From Paraspadella gotoi (Eukaryota > Animalia > Chaetognatha): DNA of 64,000 nucleotides. The stretch is from assembly GCA_051294375.1 (NCBI GenBank), contig CM119267.1:3097344-3161343 (forward strand). The letters are read 5' to 3'. Both the position numbers and the translations under genes were made by a program. The stretch's first letter is position 1; every line of letters starts with the position of its first letter. This document shows positions 62,001-64,000 of this stretch, in pieces. The notes below the pieces were generated by a model. That model was not told the DNA's origin, did no database searches, and saw only the letters and a program-made list of their open reading frames with translations.

Positions 62001-64000
62001 CGGAGTGATGCTTGCGCTGAAGGTAAGGCGTCCGGTCGTAGTTGACGTAAGGGCGCGGATGTAGAACGGGATTACGCCACTGTTCGTTGAGGGACTTTGT
62101 GTTGTACCACCCGTTCATTTCCACGTGGCGGGACGAAGGTAGGAGCCAGTTCGCCTTCTTGTCTTGCGATAAGGCTGGGCGTTGAAGACGGCTCCGCCTT
62201 CTTGGATAGAGGCCGCTGCAAGTCGCTGGAGGATGATCCACCGCTGCCGCCCGGCCAGTTCGAGTCTTTCGTCCCCGCCAGCCGCCTTTCTTTCGTCTTC
62301 CGACGCCCGTCGCAGCGCCGCCACCGGCTCCGTCGCCGCTGCCATCTTCGCCATCTCCACCGTGTCTTCTGCCACTTCTTCCTCCTTGCCATCTCCTCCT
62401 GCGCCTCCGGTACCGTCACCTCCGCTGCCATCTCCCCTGAACCGTCTCCGCCTTTTCCTTTTCCTTTACCACCGCCGCCGCCGCACCGCCACCGCCACCG
62501 CCTCTACCGCCACCGCGGCCACCATCTTTGCCACCACCACCACCACCGCTGCCATCACCACCACTACCATCTTTACCACCTCCTCCCTTACCTCCTCCTC
62601 CTTCGCCCCCAGCGCCTTTTCCGGCTCCTTTACCAGCGCCATCTGCTCCACCCGCTCCCCCTGCTCCGCCCCGCCTCCAGCTCCATCGGCACCTGCTCCT
62701 CCAGCTCCTCCAGCTCCCCGGCTCCAGCACCACGACCATCAGCACCTCCGCCAGCTCCACGCCACCTCCAGCTCCTCCACCTCCTGCTCCACCTCCAGCT
62801 CCTTCTCCTCCAGCTCCACCAGCGCCGCCGGTCCTCCAGCACCTGCACCCGCACCTCCAGCTCCAGCACCTCCTGCTTCCGCACCTCCACCCCGGCACCT
62901 CCGGCACCCGCACCTCCGACACCCGCACTCCAGCTCCTGCGCCTCGGCACCTGCACCTCCACCTCCGGACCTCCACCTCCGGCACCCGCACCTCCGCACC
63001 CGCACCTCCGGCTCCCCACCTCCAGCTCCTGCACCTCCGGCTCCCTCACCTCCAGCTCCTGCCACCTGCACCGCCAGCCCGTCCTGCACCTCCAGCTCCT
63101 GCACCGCCAGCTCCTGCCCCTCCAGCTCCTGCGCCACCGGCTCCTGCACCTCCAGCACCTGCACTCCAGCACCCGCAGCTCCTCCACCCCCAACTCCAGC
63201 GCCACCAGCCCCGGCACCTGCACCTCCTGCCCCTCCTGCACCTGCACCACCTCCAGCCCCCGCTCCAGTCCTCCAGCTCCAGCCCCTCCCGCCACCGCCT
63301 GCACCTGCACCACCTGCGCCACCTGCACCGGCAGCTCCAGCGCCACCCGCTCCTCACCTCCCGCGCCACCCGCTCCTGCACTCCGCGCCACCTGCACCTC
63401 CACCTCCAGCGCCACCTGCGCCTCCACCTCCGCGCCACCCGCGCCTGCGCCTCCACCAGCGCCTGCCCACCAGCTCCACCCGCGCCTGCACCTCCTTTAC
63501 CAGCACCACCGGCTCCACCTCCAGCGCCACCACCTCCTGCACCCCGCCCTTTTCCACGCCCCCCCGCCGCCCCCTTGGCGCTCTCCAACGCCCTCATCTG
63601 TTTCTCCAGTTTGTCGGCGTTGTCGTTGCCCGCCTTTTGTTTGTCCCTCTGAGCCTTCACCTCCTTGAGGGTCCGCTCGACGAGGCTGGAGCGCTCCATG
63701 CGGCCGCCGACGGAGTCGTCGTCGCCGATGATGGCCGTGGCGAGCGGATTGGTCTCCATCACGGTGTAGGTCTTGGAGAGTTCGTTGAGGTTGACGTTGA
63801 GATCCTCTTCGTCGTCCTCTTCGATTTTGTCGTCGTCGGTTTTGCCGATTCGGTTCCAGTTGCGCTTCAATGCGCGGACGGTGATCTCGGTGGAAGGATC
63901 GGTGGTGGTCGTAGTTGTCATTGTGGTCGGAACTGTGGTTGTGGTCGACGCGCCCACGGTCGAAGATTCCGTGGCTTGCGTGGTCGGCTCCTCTGCTTCG
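56035..64000 (-). CDS. 3' part of a large unknown low-complexity protein with a long Gly/Ala-rich tract
   Basis: Exons >64000-61896 (indel errors in the GC-rich tract), 61367-60771, 60079-59837, 59311-59046, 58449-58192, 57183-56917, ~56540-56370 and 56158-56035, all with GT/AG ends and GC-rich coding composition. Two junctions are off by one base. No recognised domain. Confidence 0.78.
56708..56812 (+). repeat. 12-bp minisatellite (TTCTTGGCYTCA)
   Basis: Seen directly, ~8 units. Confidence 0.9.
59507..59547 (+). ncRNA. Minimal type I hammerhead ribozyme of the Penelope-like-element kind
   Basis: Stem I AACG/CGTT, core CTGATGA, stem II GGCTT-gtatt-AAGCC, GAAA, palindromic short stem III (ACATGT), GUU cleavage triplet and AATAAA just downstream. 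Confidence 0.72.
60172..60568. mobile_element. MITE family F with degenerate (CCTAA) filling
   Basis: Ends GCGCTCTCTTATCCCAGAGCGCC and GGGCGTTCTGGGAAAATAAGGCC are inverted homologs. Confidence 0.6.

Noticed and set aside
62097-63668. Plus-strand 523-aa and 374-aa Pro/His-rich ORFs
   Set aside because: Antisense shadows of the minus-strand Gly/Ala exon; splice signals and flanking exons support the minus strand.

Overview
AT-rich, microsatellite-rich invertebrate animal genomic DNA from a draft assembly, with N gaps and locally unpolished, insertion-rich sequence. Most ORFs in the supplied track are spurious; the real genes are spliced and were reconstructed by hand. In order they are: exon 1 of an aldo-keto reductase (-) plus an inverted, frameshifted AKR fragment; an ankyrin-repeat/SOCS-box (ASB) gene (-); a 14-exon PPM1E/PPM1F-type PP2C phosphatase (+); a 3-exon CD225/dispanin-like membrane protein gene (-) carrying an intronless 907-aa XK-family-like gene on the same strand in intron 1; a RASL10-type GTPase (+, ~20 kb) whose ~12-kb intron 2 holds a tRNA-Gly and a same-strand, unusually compact DEG/ENaC channel gene; and the 3' part of a Gly/Ala-rich unknown gene (-). 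Also present: a second tRNA-Gly(GCC), many 5'-truncated LINE 3' ends, DINE-1-like Helentron-derived elements, three tRNA-derived SINE families, a MITE family with telomere-like filling, a Penelope-type minimal hammerhead ribozyme and many minisatellites. The most interesting signals are the two same-strand nested membrane-protein genes (especially the thumb-reduced mini-ENaC), tandem repeats seeded at splice donors, a high rate of non-consensus (+3 pyrimidine) donors, and a dense GTCACGTGAC cluster. All family assignments come from recalled motifs, not database searches.
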